Shown here in pieces: positions 11,558-25,865 of a DNA stretch of 64,000 bases (positions are counted from its first letter, which is position 1; every line of letters starts with the position of its first letter). The notes under the pieces were generated by a model, which was not told the DNA's origin, did no database searches, and saw only the letters and a list, made by a program, of their open reading frames with translations. The stretch comes from Octopus sinensis. Its lineage: Eukaryota. A program made the position numbers and the translations under genes. Location: contig NC_043005.1 in the NCBI RefSeq assembly GCF_006345805.1, forward strand, positions 65,162,001 through 65,226,000. The letters run 5' to 3'.

Positions 11558-13199
11558 CATACATACATATATATATATATATACACATACATATACATAT
11601 TCACATTTCTCTATCGAATTATCCATGTATATACATACATGGCCACAGTCTAATGACTGAAACAAATAAAATGTAGAAGATACACACACACACACACACA
11701 TTTGTACATATGTATGTATACCCTCATACATATATACATATGTGTGTGTGTCTGTGACTGTGCGAGTGTATGTGTGTGTGTGTAAGAGAGAGAGAGATGG
11801 AGTGAAATAGATATGCAACACATGAGCTGCAAGCATTCATTTTTTGCAAGCATTCCTTTTTTTTTTTTGTCAAAGATAGGTTTTGAGTAATATGAAATTA
11901 ATTATTGATATGTGTTTAGTATTTCCCATTCGTTCATTGCTTAGTATTAATGGCAAACAATCGATACTATTCAAGAAGTGTAATTAGAGAAAGCTCCTCT
12001 TTGCTAAGCGAGAAAAGGATCAAACAGATAAAGTAGAGAAAAATAGAATTTTCTCTATTTACCTTTCAGTTATTGTCGAAAAAAAAAAGCAGTTGTGTTA
12101 GTTTTTTCGAAGTATATTCCAGGAGGTGGCGTGAGAAAGAGGGGAAAAATAAAAGAATAGGAGCTCATAATATTTTTCTAAAGTGCTGGTGCTTTTACTG
12201 TCCTGAGCAGCAGAGATCAAAGACTTATTAATTTAAAGGATTTTCCCGATAATCGAACAGGTTTAGACAACAAGTGACTGTTTGGTCAATTTGTTTGTTT
12301 TATTGCCGATTCTGGTTTATTTCGTACGATTATTTGGTACTGAAGAGTATATACTGCATTTTAAAAGATTTAATCATGGAGAGTAATTTTTATCCCCTTT
12401 TAAGACCTGATTCAGGTATGTGACCACTACAAAGAATTATCTTCTAAACTACTTCACACTTGGAGTGAAAAGCAGCAACTGACTAACTTTGTGATTAAAA
12501 TGTAAAGATTTTTTAACCGTTTATTCATACCAGTGCTTTAAAATTTAATTTAAATATTTAAACTTATCTAAAAAGTTACGAAGGTAACGTAAAAAGATAA
12601 ACTGGCACCTAATTTTTTGTTGAATAAAACTTCGATTCATTTGAAAAAATTAACCCAGTAACATTTTTCACGCTTTCATTCATCCCCAGAATAAGAAAAG
12701 AGTCAACTCGTTCAGTTTCCTCCCTACTTTCCCGGCCTTTTGCAGCAAGAAGCTTTGAAGATAAGGAACCTATTATCGTTGATAAATTTGTTTAGCAAGA
12801 TTCTTGATGTGAAATCGTGTGTTGAAACATATATTGTTATATTTTCCATTTAAATATATATACTTTCTTCACTCGTTTATTATTGTTCTTATTTTATGTT
12901 TATATCCAATGTCTGAAAAGTTTTCGTCACATATCTGTGACCTGTTCAGGCACTCTTCCATTCTATGTATATCCTCGTGTTCTGTTTAGTCCATTCTGTC
13001 TTTGTATATTATCATTCTCGGAAAAGAGAAGCCAAAGCGTGAAACAAAGTGGGTAGCAAGGAATGTCACCGCTATGACGGGATGTCCCATTCTTTAAAAA
13101 ATTTTTCTGTATCCTATGTCTGTTATTTGTTTCGGCATAAGAACATATGGACAACTGCAATTTGTACAATTTGGACTATTGCAATTTGTACAATTTGAT

Positions 13200-14770
13200 T
13201 ACACCTTTGGCTAAACAAAAGAATCTCAAAACCATCTGAATTCCGTCACTGCTCTGAAGACATTTGGCCGAAAACGAGTTGATACAGCGATCGATCTCTG
13301 GAAAGCAGCTTCGATTCAGTTCCATAATAGATCAGTCGAGAAAAATCATGATATATTGAAAAGGTGAGTGATGAAAACATTTGTTATGAAGTTTTGGCTT
13401 GTCAAGAATTTTAAAAGACAAGATGAAACCGTGTGAAGTTATATGTGAAAGAATGATTGTTTAAGATTGCATTTAGATTTCGTGAAGAAAAATGCCAACC
13501 GCACATTTTCTGGATTTTCAAGTGTTATTTAAACCGAGATTATTCTTCAAAAACGTTCACTTGATATTTCGAGGTGTATTCGTGAGGCTGAGAACTTCAG
13601 AAGACAATTAGCCAATATTGTCGTTGCAAGTGTGAGATTAGGTTTGCTGCATATATTACAAATTAAAGCGAAACTTTTGACCATTTAACATCAGATTTAG
13701 TTAAAGGAATACTGAACATGAATACATACATAAATGATCAAATCTTCGCTAGTGGAGAGACATTACTCGACATTAGTTATTTTGAAAATGCAAGGCGGCC
13801 AAATGTTGTTGAAGTTTTGTTCCTGATTTGCTCGGTGAGAGCTCTCATTTATTTCTGGTGCTAAACTGCTTAAGGGCCCGAATCTCAAGGACACTTGAGA
13901 TGATATTCTAACTGATAGTCTGATCTCCTTCAAACCGATTATTCGACAAATAGTGTTCGTTTTAAGATCACATGAGCCGGCTCTGACTCATTCATAACAG
14001 TGGACTGATAATTTAATGAAAAGGATTCATAACGTAGGGCTCACGACAAGATTGGGGAATTTTACTGCCGGCTTCTGGATGGTGTCCCTGAACCACCAGT
14101 GAAGCGTGGTTGGCATCAAGAGTCAGAAGACATTTTAAGGCTTTTTTGTTTAACATTTTTCATTATTCACATTGAGCAAAGATTTAAAACGTAATTATTT
14201 TAAATCTTCGAGTTCAAATTTGTTGACTTGTTGAATCCGAAGCCTTTTCACACTTACAAAAAAGATTTTCAATGGAAACGCTTTCATCTTTGGATATCTA
14301 TAAAAGCATATTGTATTTAGATAAATTTAAATTCGAGCTCAAAATGAGTTTATGCTGCAACATTTGCCAAGCTAGTGTCTAGCATCCGAAAAGTTGCAGA
14401 CATAATGCGGGAGCTTGAACTAAATCAAACTCTGGTAGAAGTAACAAAATTACTACATCTAATTCTGACCATACACGCCACATCTACTTCCGGTGACAAA
14501 ACGCTTTCTTCATTAAAATGAGTAAATAATAATGGGGCGATCTTAAAGTGAAGAAAAATTGAGTAATTTGCACTTCATTTCCATGAAGATCTTTTGAAAA
14601 TAAAAGTGAAGTGTGTAGATATAAACGTATACAGTTTATATGTTTATATTTACAATCATTTTTTCTGAATATTTAACTTAAGGACAATTGTAGCAAAGCC
14701 CCATTCGTTAATAAAGCGGACAAATACTAACATGACTGCCTGAGCTCAATATTTTTAGCAGGGCACCACT
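13200..14770 (+). mobile_element. Degraded hAT transposase remnant
   Basis: 14404-14590 translates VEVTKLLHLILTIHATSTSGDKTLSSLK*...SEEKLSNLHFISM, a hAT C-terminal dimerisation motif. The upstream boundary is approximate. Confidence 0.6.
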
Positions 14771-14976
14771 TTTTCTATGCATGTACCTAACTTGACCCAG
14801 ACTACAAAAATGATGGAACGCAGTAGGATGTATAATATCCCATCCATAAAGAACAGTCACAGGATGGGTCGAAACGATCGTCGTACGGAATAAAGACTAA
14901 TATCAAATCCATTTTCTGTTTCCTTAATCGATTATGATACACACACACATATACACATGTATTTGCGTGTGTGTGT

Positions 14977-15013
<37 letters not shown>

Positions 15014-15095
15014 GAGAGAGAGGGGGGAGAGATGGAGAGTGGGAAAGGATGAAAATAGGAAGAAAAATACGTGTAATAAATGTTGTTAAACTTAC

Positions 15096-15249
15096 CCCAT
15101 CCGATAATGATACAGTAGATAAACTTGATTTTGTTGTGGCGCATTGCGTGGACAATCATGAAATACAAGTACAACCCTTCGACGAACATCCAGAAAAAGC
15201 TGGACGTCGTGAAATAATGGAAAAATGTCATCATAAGTTTACACACCCA
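15096..15249 (-). CDS. Class B GPCR, TM3-ICL2-TM4 exon
   Basis: Acceptor tttattttcag and donor G|gtaagt bound 154 bp, phase 0 to 1. Translation WVCKLMMTFFHYFTTSSFFWMFVEGLYLYFMIVHAMRHNKIKFIYCIIIGW(G). FFWMFVEGLYLY and the terminal IGWG are typical of CRF/DH44-type receptors. Confidence 0.95.
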
Positions 15250-15445
15250 CTGAAAATAAAAATAGAAGTGATCATTGTAATTGTGGAAATATTCGATTTT
15301 TCTTCGAATATAAACAATTTACTGATATGACAATAGATGCAGAGGAAAGTAATTTGAAATTAATTATAGTCATAATAGCTTCCAAATCATTGGGTCGTTG
15401 TAGGACTTCTAACGATTTTCTTTTTCTCTAGCAGTTTATAAGAGA

Positions 15446-15840
15446 ACTAGCAATATCACCCGGCGTTGCTCGGGTTTGTTTCGACCCTTTAGAATTGGAA
15501 TTTTTGAAAAGTAAAACTTTTGCATTATGTAGCTTGTTATTCCCTTTAAGTGAACATTTTTCTGGTTGAAATACACCGAAAAGTGTCGACCCAGCAGTCA
15601 AAAAATCGTAACAAAATAGGGATTTTCATAGAAAAAAAAGCACCTTTTTGATGTAAATAGGTTTTGGTCTTAACATGGTCCGATTTGAATTCTTTTCTGC
15701 TACGGAAGGAAGAACAGGCCTTCTTCTATCATACTTTCAATTTTGCTCAACTTGCGCGGCAGGGTCTCGGAGGAGATAGTGTTAGTTGAAGGATACCAAA
15801 CCTGCCGCACACAGACAACTTCAGCTTTATATAGAGAGAT
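15446..15840 (+). mobile_element. Non-autonomous Helitron/Helentron-like element
   Basis: Starts ACTAG..., has a subterminal palindrome CCCG(gcgttgct)CGGG and ends TTATATAGAGAGAT, a layout typical of short Helitron-type repeats. Confidence 0.45.
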
Positions 15841-18800
15841 TTTGAAGATTTTTGTTATTGCTTTCTCTAGACGTCCTTACATAATTCCCGAACAAGAAGA
15901 CACTCAATATTTATATTCACTAGAGGGAATTTAGTCAACAGTTGCGTTTTGCGTTTTTAATTCTTTTTTTATCTGAAGCAGAACACATTAAAATTGAATG
16001 GATGCAAGATTCTTGGAAGCTGGCTTCTATCTGATTGATAGGTTTCGACTGAGAATTTGAAAATCATGCATTTCTTTTAAAACTGGATAAAACAACTTAT
16101 GAACCTTCCTTTATTAGTTTATTTCGTTCTATTTGATATTTCTAGTATATACGTTTTATTTTAGACCTCAAAGGCGTACGAAGATAAAAGGAGGGAAGTA
16201 ACAGTTAATGGAGGTGACTATCAATTGACTTAAGGTAACAAGTTCTTTGCAAGAAATAAATTGCATATTACATACGGAGACGGATTTCAAGCATTGACAA
16301 AATTCGTCTCTGACGAATTTCATTTCCATTTCATTAATAAAATAGAATTTTTATATAGTTTTAGTTATATCTAAAGCAGATGTAGACATCTGCATTCCTT
16401 TATAATAAATGCTATTATTATATTATTGCACCGTATAAATATATAGTACTATTTTTGTTGCTTTTTCTTCAAGGAAACTGCTAATCCGTAACAAAATTTC
16501 CTAGAAGATAACTGTACAAACTATTGCACTTCCCAATGACTTCATGTTCTCAATCAAGTTGGTTGTTGATGACTTTTTCAGTTATGCTATACATTCTAAG
16601 TGTCTCTACAATATAAGAATGGGGTGTCATGTCATAAAATGCTTTAAAATCGCAGCTAGTCATGTTCAGATACGTCGTGTGCCATCCTTCTTTATCCTTT
16701 TATCTTTTAAGTGATTTCTGAACATCACATTTACAATGAATAATAATTTATTCATGCGTGAAATGATTGTATGCTTTCTCAAAAAAATACCTATTTCCAC
16801 AACAGATCGAAACAAGTTATTACTACAAAATTTTCTATAACATTTCCCTTCGCTGGATCTTTCATTAACAAAGTTGTTCAGCGCTCAACAATCCATTTCA
16901 GAACGCTTTCTTGCATTTTTCATTTGTTTAAACGATTTTCAGTTTGGCCGTGTAAGAATTTCAGCTGTTTCGTCGGATCCCATCTAGTCTTGAAATTTTC
17001 CAGTTCGATAGTATATATATCCAGTTTGCAGAATTTCGGAATATTGTCCTTACTTGTAGGGATAGCTTTTTCTTCTTCTGCACAACCTTGTTTTATTTTA
17101 AATGTTATGTAACTAGGCTCTCCTAAATTCTCGGCCAAAACTCCAGGTTTCCACTGTATTTCGTGTCAATACTTTTATCTATTGAATTTTACCGTAAAAC
17201 GATCTGACTTGATCCAAACAGTTTGTTATTCTCAGAGGACTTACGCACCGTCAACCTCACTCTTTCGTAATATGACCATTTTTAATTCGGTGGCAAGACC
17301 AGGTGAAGACGACGTGGGATGGATACAGTGGATGACCATTTTGCCTCATCTTGCTCTCTGCATTTAACAGTGCTTTGCTGCATCTAACTTTCCCTCCGTC
17401 GCATTATGAAGATTTCTTCCGTAGAGTCCGCCAGATCTAGCCTTTACATGCATTGCTAAGCAGGCCTTAAGTGCTAATTAGCCCCTAGCTGGGACCACGA
17501 CAGGTGCTAATACTCTGTATCAGAGTAGACTTCGGTACAAAAGTAGCCAAGAGGTAGGGGAAACCGAGGCAAGCTGGACCACTGGGGTAAAACGGACCAG
17601 CCCCATTTTAGACACCTAAATGGAACTTAACCGTCGTAAACGCTTTCTCATTCAAAGTTACTTCCCTTCGCTTTAACATCCCGAAAAGTTTTCACGACAC
17701 AGGAAGAAAAATACTGAAATTCAAGTCTTGAATATTGCTTTCAAATATATCATGTTAATGAAATAAATACCAACACCTTAGGTACGTATGGCCTATCATG
17801 TTTTGAAACATTTCAAATGTCAATGTTTAAGCAACAGCAGCTTTGATTTTTTTCTTAGATTTGGATGCAGAGCAGACATCTTTTGTTGTAACCTGAATGC
17901 AGCAAAACGTACTAAAAGGTGTCGGGGCAAAACGGTCCACTGTCCCGTTTTGCTCCATATGTGTGTGCTCTTTGTGCGTGTGTGTGTGTGTGTGTGTGCG
18001 TGTGTGTTGTACTTGTGTATGTATACATATGCTTGTGCATGTGTGTGCATGTGTGTGCGTGTGTGTTGTACTTGTGTATGTATACATATGCTTGTGCATG
18101 TGTGTTGTGCCTCTGTGTGTGCATGTGCGTGTATGTGAGTGTGTTTGTATGGGTGTATGCAAATGCGTTGTACTAGAGTAGGTAGTACCTGGCCATTTAT
18201 CAACGATTTCTCACCGAAGAACTTGTGGTCAGCAGAAATGGAGTAACATGGAATTAACAAATTTAATGAAATGTTATTTGAGAGTTAGGCAGGAATGGTG
18301 CTCACTGTAGGAAAAACAAACATAATTTTGAGATAACAGAAAATAAGTTTATGAACCAAGCATCTATGAAGAAACTGGTTAACAAAGAAGAAACTGGTTG
18401 ACACCAGTCCAAAAATAGAGTATACAGAAATGAATCAATGAGGAGACGATCGGTATCGAGGAAACGGTGAATGGAACAACGTAGAGGTCGCTAGGTTAAA
18501 TGAAAACATGAATTGTTTGGTATGAATTGAAGTGGGTTTGAAAGAAGGAAATACAAACAATATCAGCAATGATGATGTGGTTGACAACGTTAGGCATTTC
18601 ATCAAATTAACATGCAAATGACAGGGCTATGGAAAATTTCATAATATAGGGACATTTAGAAGATGAAAAGCGAATTATTCCGACATGAATAAAAGAAATT
18701 GCAAATGATTCTCCAAAAATAAACCTATTATTGGAGAAAGAAATTGACGCCGGAAAACTTCAACGAGTCTTAATTTGAACGGAAGTACAACTTAGAGAAA

Positions 18801-18881
18801 GAGTTCACTTTAGCGATAGAACATGCGAAGCAAATAATCTGTGAAAAAGCAATGAAGATATTCTACCTCTTCTGGCCACAT

Positions 18882-18882
<1 letters not shown>

Positions 18883-18926
<44 letters not shown>

Positions 18927-18951
18927 TAGATAGATAGATAGATAGATAGAT

Positions 18952-18985
<34 letters not shown>

Positions 18986-19106
18986 CATACAGACAGACAT
19001 GCAGGCAGACAGACAAGCAGACAGACAGACAGACAGACAGTCAGTCAGACAGACAAACAGATAGATAGATAGAGAGACAGACAGACAGACTGACAGACAG
19101 ACAGAT

Positions 19107-19162
<56 letters not shown>

Positions 19163-19188
19163 GTAGGTAGGTAGGTAGGTAGGTATGC

Positions 19189-19263
<75 letters not shown>

Positions 19264-19290
19264 AGATAGATAGATAGAAAAATAGATAGA
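18883..19290. repeat. (GACA)n/(GATA)n compound microsatellite
   Basis: Seen directly in the sequence. Confidence 0.97.
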
Positions 19291-20325
19291 TAGATGTACT
19301 TGTAGGAATGTTTTCTCTGTGTATATGTTGAGGCAGTAAATCCCAATCGTGAATTTAGTTGTTTCAAATACGCGAACACCAGCAAAATGTACATAAACTA
19401 CAAACGAAGTAAGGAAAATTTAGGAGCACATGTTATCAACCTACTTTCCAACTACACCTTTCTCAGTATGAAAAACTGATAAAAACGCGAAAATAAAGAG
19501 TCATTGAGAAAAAATTCTTGTCTAGGAAAATACTTCCGTTTATGTTCACAGTGCTGAGAAGTTATTACACGATAGCATATTACTGCTCTGTCGCTTCATG
19601 CTAGAATTTATTGTTTCCATTTATTCATGTGCTATTTTAGTCGTCTCTATAATTTCATGAACCCGCAAATGGGGTAATACATAAGTACTTTTCAAAAACC
19701 TATCCGAGTTATGTTTATGTTCTTGTTTTGAGATTTAGAGACTTTCATTATTTTCTAGTCTATGGCAATATGATAATTTCTTGTTATTGATTTTGCTGTA
19801 TTTTTTTCTTTGCCTGCAAATTTTACTGTTCTGAAAGGAGTTTGTCATTTAGTAGGTGATGATGTGAGTTCTCAAGCAATAATCCTATCAGAAGCGCCCA
19901 GAGTAGGTTTAAGCAAGTAAAGGTCAACACATTCAATAAAATGATCTCCCCAAATATTGTGCATTGAATTAGAATAATCAATCCAGTAACCTTCGATGCG
20001 ATAGGAGGCTGGAGCTTTCCGTTTGGTAATCTTTTAGCTTGCATACTTCTATGCTCACCATTAACAGTAATAAGACTCGGTTCTATCAGCCTACCCAGCG
20101 TTTGCATCATATTTCACAGATATTCTCCAGAAAGTTTTAGAACCTTATGTATTTGGTGGTTAATATTTAACACCCTCTCTCGTCAATCTCTGGAAAAACT
20201 CCTTTCTTTGTTCCCAAGAGTTTTCTTGAGCTGGAAATGTAGCTTTCTATGTATATCGTATGTGTTTCAACCTTCTTTACACAAATTTGCTACATCGACA
20301 TACTATTATAGAGCACCAACTAGTT

Positions 20326-20419
<94 letters not shown>

Positions 20420-20593
20420 GATGTATGTATATATATATATGTGTGTGTGTGTGTGTATTATATATACAGGCTGCCACGGATGAGTTGTTGCCATTTTATA
20501 TTTTTAATTTCACATATGCGCATTGTTAGCTTTTGATTTTGTCGACTACACAGTATATTAGGGTCAGTTGGACACTCTAATTACATATATATA

Positions 20594-20634
<41 letters not shown>

Positions 20635-20999
20635 CATACATTAATATATACACACACTCACACACACACGCATACATATATCTATGGAGGGTTGTTTGTG
20701 GACGGGTGGGACTTAATCTTGCCGAACGTATTTGTAAGTGGTATTCCCTTGACCTCCGGTGCGAAACAAATGTAACTTTATATTTAAACTGAAATAAATA
20801 AATTAATCTTTTATAAAAGCAACAAGTATCTCAAATAAAAATTGATCTCGGTTCGAAAGATCGAGGTTTGGTTATTTATTAGTGCTGACAAAACATTCAT
20901 ATATAGTTAATTGTTTTAGTTCCTGCATAATTCTCCACGAGAGATTCATAACTGTTCAACATATAACGTTTGTTTGTTTAAAGAAAACAGTAAAATATA

Positions 21000-21425
21000 T
21001 TGGTCTCAAATATTTGGAACAAAGCCAGCAATTTCGGGGAGGTGTTAGACGATTAGATCAACTCTAATGCTCGAATGGTACATATTTTATCAACTCCGAA
21101 AATGATAAAAGGCGAAGTCGCCGGAATTTGAACTCAGAACATGCAGACGAACGAAATGCTACTCAGCATTTCGGTCGGTGTGCTAAAGATTCTTATTTCT
21201 TTACTGCTGACAAGGGGCTACACACGGAGGGGACAAAAAATATCAAACAAGCGGATTAAGTCGATTATACCGACTTCAGTGCTTAACTGGTACTTATTTA
21301 ATCGACCCCGAAAGGATGAAAGGCAAAGTCAACCTCGGCGGAATTTGAACTCAAAACATAGCGGCAGACGAATTACCGCTAAGCATTTTGGTTGGTGTGC
21401 TAAAGATTCTGCCAGTTTGCCATCT
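21000..21425 (-). mobile_element. Two adjacent decayed SINE family B copies
   Basis: Two successive matches to ...CGACCCCGAAAGGATGAAAGGCAAAGTC.ACCTCGGCGGAATTTGAACTC. Confidence 0.7.
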
Positions 21426-21725
21426 TAAAACAGTAACATATATCTTAATAATATTAATTTTAAGGCAGAAAATACATTGTTGCAAATACCAGATATATGA
21501 ATGTAACCCCCATATAATTTGAGTTAGTTTCTTTGGAAAGTTTTCGGCGTACTGTGAACAGAGTTGGATATATTATTTGCAAGTTATAGCAACTTAGATA
21601 TATATTCGCCCTTAGCCCCATTTTGTTTCGTCAGTTGTGTCGTTCTGTACAGATCAAGAACGTTTACCATATAAATGTATTCGGTAAGGTAAACGTATAC
21701 TCGCGTGAGTGTGTCTGTGTCTGTG

Positions 21726-21763
<38 letters not shown>

Positions 21764-22017
21764 GTGTGTGTGTGTGTGGTGTGTGTGTGTGTGTGTGTGT
21801 GCGGGTGTGCACTATGCGTTCGTGTGTATGGGTCTACGCGTGTGCAGGAATGTCTGTTTGCGTGAACTCTTTTAAAGAAAACAGTCACTTATATAGTTTA
21901 CGCTTTATTTGTATATATATATATGAACATATGTGTGTCTGCGTGCGTATACAAGTGCACGCTAGCACCATTCGTTGAAAGTGTACACATGCATACTTGC
22001 ATACACGCATATATGCA

Positions 22018-22056
<39 letters not shown>

Positions 22057-22059
22057 GCG

Positions 22060-22135
<76 letters not shown>

Positions 22136-23502
22136 ATATATACGCATGCATGCTCACATATGTGCACACGTAAAGCTAATTTCCTCGATGTCATACCATA
22201 ATTATCGTGAATATAAATTATGCGATTCTATGTCTCCTTGTTAATAACATATGTTATGAAAAACCTTCCAGTTATTTTATCAGCGAAAGATGCATGCATG
22301 CATGCATAAATACATACATAAATACATACATACATGCATACATACATACATACATACATACATACATACATACATACATACACACATACATACACACATA
22401 CATGCATACACACATACATACATACATACATACATGCATACATACATGCATACATACGCACATATTTATAAGTGTGTGCGTATGTATCTTTATGCATTGT
22501 ACCCCGAATTTAATTAGTCAAAGTAATAATTATACATAGAAATATCTACTGGAAAATATTAAAAAAGTACTTTCAATAATGTTTCACGGAGTACGTACTA
22601 GTCTTTCTTACTTTTAATTGCATGTGTGAGTGTTTGAGACTCAGTGTGTGTGTGTGTGTATGTGTGTGCGTGCGCGCGTGTGTGTGTGTGTGTGTGTGCG
22701 CGCGTGCGTGTGTATGTGTGCGAGCCTGTGCATGTGTGTGCGCGTATGTGTGCGAGCGTGTGTGCGCGTGTGTTGTGTTGTGTGTGTTGTGTTGTGTGTA
22801 TGTTGTGTTGTATGAGTGCAGGCTGTGTGTGTGTGTGTAGATAAATATTTCCATGAGGTACATACAACATTTTTTAAAGAGTTTATTCTGAGTTTAATTA
22901 GACTTATGCCTTCAGACATATGAATAAAATTCTCAAAAATATTTTAACAATAAAGAATAGGCAAAATATAAACGATAAATTTATTAGATGTATTTGATAC
23001 ATCTAATAAATACCGAAGAATTTAATGACTTGAATGTTTAACCCCGTTTCGGTCTAAATACAAGTGTAACCTTCATACACATGCGTTGCAACGTCGCTAG
23101 TGTCGGAACCGAATGCCTCAAGCTCTTTAAAAGTTGACTCTGCATTTTATTATAATTAATAGAATCTCTTTAGACATCTAGAATCTTTACAGACCTGGAA
23201 GGGTCGGAACAATATATTTTATACTTACGATTGAATTACATGAGTTTAAACTATTGGAGAAGAGCATGCAATAGCATTGAAGACATGCTTAAGCTTTCCA
23301 ATTACACGACATACACCAACCGGATTTCCTGTATGAGTGCCAGTGTGAACAGGAAACAGCCACAATGGGTCATCCAGCTCGTATCTTGATAGAGTGTCTT
23401 TTAGCGAACTGATATAGTATAAGGTGTCCACAGTTTAAAATAATCAACTAAACAAACAAGTATAGTAACTTGAAATCGGATTCATAGATAGAAATCAGGT
23501 TA

Positions 23503-23982
23503 CCGTATATCCTCGAGTATAATCCGCATTTTTTCCCCAAAATTTAACGGTCAAAAGCCCTAGTGCGTACTATATACGAGGTTAAAAATGAAAATTATTT
23601 TCTAAGCAATGTCTGAGTCTTTATTTGCTGTCCGGCGATGTTTATTCAGACGCATTTTGTGATGTCGGGCGCGAAAATACCTTAAATCATCCATAACTTG
23701 CAGTTACCAACATTTATTACACGTTATAACTGCTATTTCTTTATTTTCTGCAAACAAAATGCACAAAAAAGCTACATGTTTGCATTATGTCATATATACA
23801 ATAATAATAAAATACGTTACCGTATATATTTTTACAAACCAAGGACGTTATATAGACCTCCTTGACTCAAGTTAGAGAAGGGGTGCGTATTATACACAAG
23901 GTTTAGGTTTTTCAGAGGTACAGCTCCCTAAAAATCCCCTGCGTATTATACCCAAGGGGAGACTATACTCGGGGATTTACGG
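23503..23982. mobile_element. pogo/Tigger-like MITE
   Basis: Bounded by TA|CCGTATATCCTCGAGTATA and TATACTCGGGGATTTACGG|TA (imperfect TIRs, TA flanks). No ORF. Confidence 0.8.
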
Positions 23983-24899
23983 TACTTGAATTTGAGCACG
24001 TATTTCCCGAGTGCAAAAGATACAGCAATTGAGAGGAGCAGACATTAACAACGGGGGATGCGGCTCTAAGAAGAGAAATTAAATATGAGCAGATGGTGTT
24101 TGGTAAAGAGTAAGTAGTAGGGACAGATGATGATGAGGAGCGAGTTTGTAAGGCAAAAGAGGCAATGAGTAAAGGCAACGCAACCGGCGCGCTACTGACG
24201 ACTATCGCTCTCGGTGATATTTTCAACGCGAAACGGGAGACTGCGTTGTCAGAGGTAATAACCTCAAGTAATGGAGGTGCAACGTTGCAACAAAACCACA
24301 ACTCGGCGTCGACAAACGGAAGCGAATGCGCACTATTTTCCAGTAAAATCTTGCTCGAGTGTTCAAGGGTAGCGAAAGGGCTGAACTGTAATAGACTTTG
24401 ATGCCCACTTGACACCTTGCTTCAGCTCTCGACGAAAAATGTGAGGAACTACGAAAGGCTCTTAGATTAGTGGATAAGCATTTTTTTACAATCCAATAGG
24501 TATGGACGATTATTTAATAGACAAAACATAAGGATCTCATTCAGCTGTGCACTCGGTGTAAAAAAAAGATTTTAGTGAACACCTCTAAACCCCATTCAGA
24601 GGTATGAGGTAGTGTCTGTCAGTAACAGCAGCAAAAACAGCGATAGTAGCAACAACAACGGCAGTACCATCAACCTATCCGGCAGTAACTAACACAACAT
24701 AATACAGAACACTACTAACCTTACCAATAATACCACTAACCCCCATACATTCCATACACCATTCATATTACAGTATCATATCGATCCTAATTACACCACG
24801 TCCAGAAAACTTACCTCCCTTAAACATAAACTTTTTACTCAGGGACTAGTAGACCCGACACCGTTTGGTAATCGGTGCGCATTCAAAGCCAATGAACAG

Positions 24900-25545
24900 C
24901 AATGACGATACCGGTATGACTTTGAATCTCTTGAACAATTCAAAATAAAGTGATGGAGATGGGTCTCATCTGTGACTATTCTCTCCAAAACACCTTCACC
25001 TTCATCGTTGTAGCGGTCGAGTGAGCGTTGTTGCATCTCAACACGAATGCACTTTTGTGCTTGCGAAAGCTTTCTTAGTACTCGACTTGCACAGACTTTA
25101 CGGAAGCGAAGCCTGTCTTGGATGACCTCGTATGAAGAAGCATGATTAATTTGTAGAGGACTTGCCACCTCATCGTTGAGGAATCGTCGGTTCGACAGGA
25201 CCATCTCTCGAGATTGTTGAATCTTCATATCTGAGGTTGAGGTAGATGGACGCCCTGCACCCCATTGCGTTTCACGCTTGTCCGTTTATTTTTAAACTAC
25301 TCGTTCCACTCATACACACTTCTACAGAGTAGAGCACTGTCTCCGTATTGTACTGAAAGTCTGCGATGAATTTCAGACCCTGACAGATCACTGATCTCTG
25401 TTCTTCCTTGGTGCCAGTGGATTGGCCATGTTTCCTCTGTAACATCAACAAAAAAGAAAAAGAAAAACTGGAGCGATAAAGATCAAATCTTGATTGCATA
25501 CAACAATTTAGCGCACGAGCGTTGAAGGCAATGCGGTTACGCTAA
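24900..25545 (-). mobile_element. Mariner transposase fragment
   Basis: Translation includes IQDRLRFRKVCASRVLRKLS..EGEGVLERIVTDETHLHHF, a decayed WVPRxL and TGDETWVHH. Confidence 0.85.
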
Positions 25546-25609
25546 AGGTAATTTTGCACACACACACACACACGCACACACACAAACACCACACACACAC
25601 ACACACACA

Positions 25610-25632
25610 GTTAGATAGATAGATAGTTAGAT

Positions 25633-25670
<38 letters not shown>

Positions 25671-25786
25671 TTAGATAGAAAGATAGATAGATAGATAGAT
25701 AGATAGTTAGATAGATAGATAGATAGAAGATAGATAGATAGATAGGATAGATAGATAGATAGATAGTTAGATAGATAGATAGATAG

Positions 25787-25863
<77 letters not shown>

Positions 25864-25865
25864 CA
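25610..25865. repeat. (GATA)n microsatellite
   Basis: Seen directly in the sequence. Confidence 0.97.

Noticed and set aside
12912-12955. Minus-strand CTGAACAG-GTCACA(gata)TGTGAC-GAAA
   Set aside because: Stem II is good, but G8 is changed and stems I and III are not supported. At most a dead remnant.
14786-14915. Possible next GPCR exon (VPS../IIFVVWVKL-like text)
   Set aside because: No acceptor gives a plausible phase-1 in-frame TM4 continuation: the longer options hit stops and the 15-bp option lacks the expected G-x-P motif. The resemblance needs a frameshift.
17827-17892. Possible terminal exon VTTKDVCSASKSKKKIKAAVA*
   Set aside because: Single acceptor only, no partner exon or motif, and it lies in the receptor intron.
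19300-19397. Exon-like segment [33 protein letters not shown]
   Set aside because: It has a good acceptor but lies between the TM2 and TM3 exons, which already join in frame. Its phase 0 to 2 would break the frame.
19823-20110. 95-aa ORF with a hydrophobic stretch
   Set aside because: No recognisable family, splice context or TE motif. Unsupported without a search.
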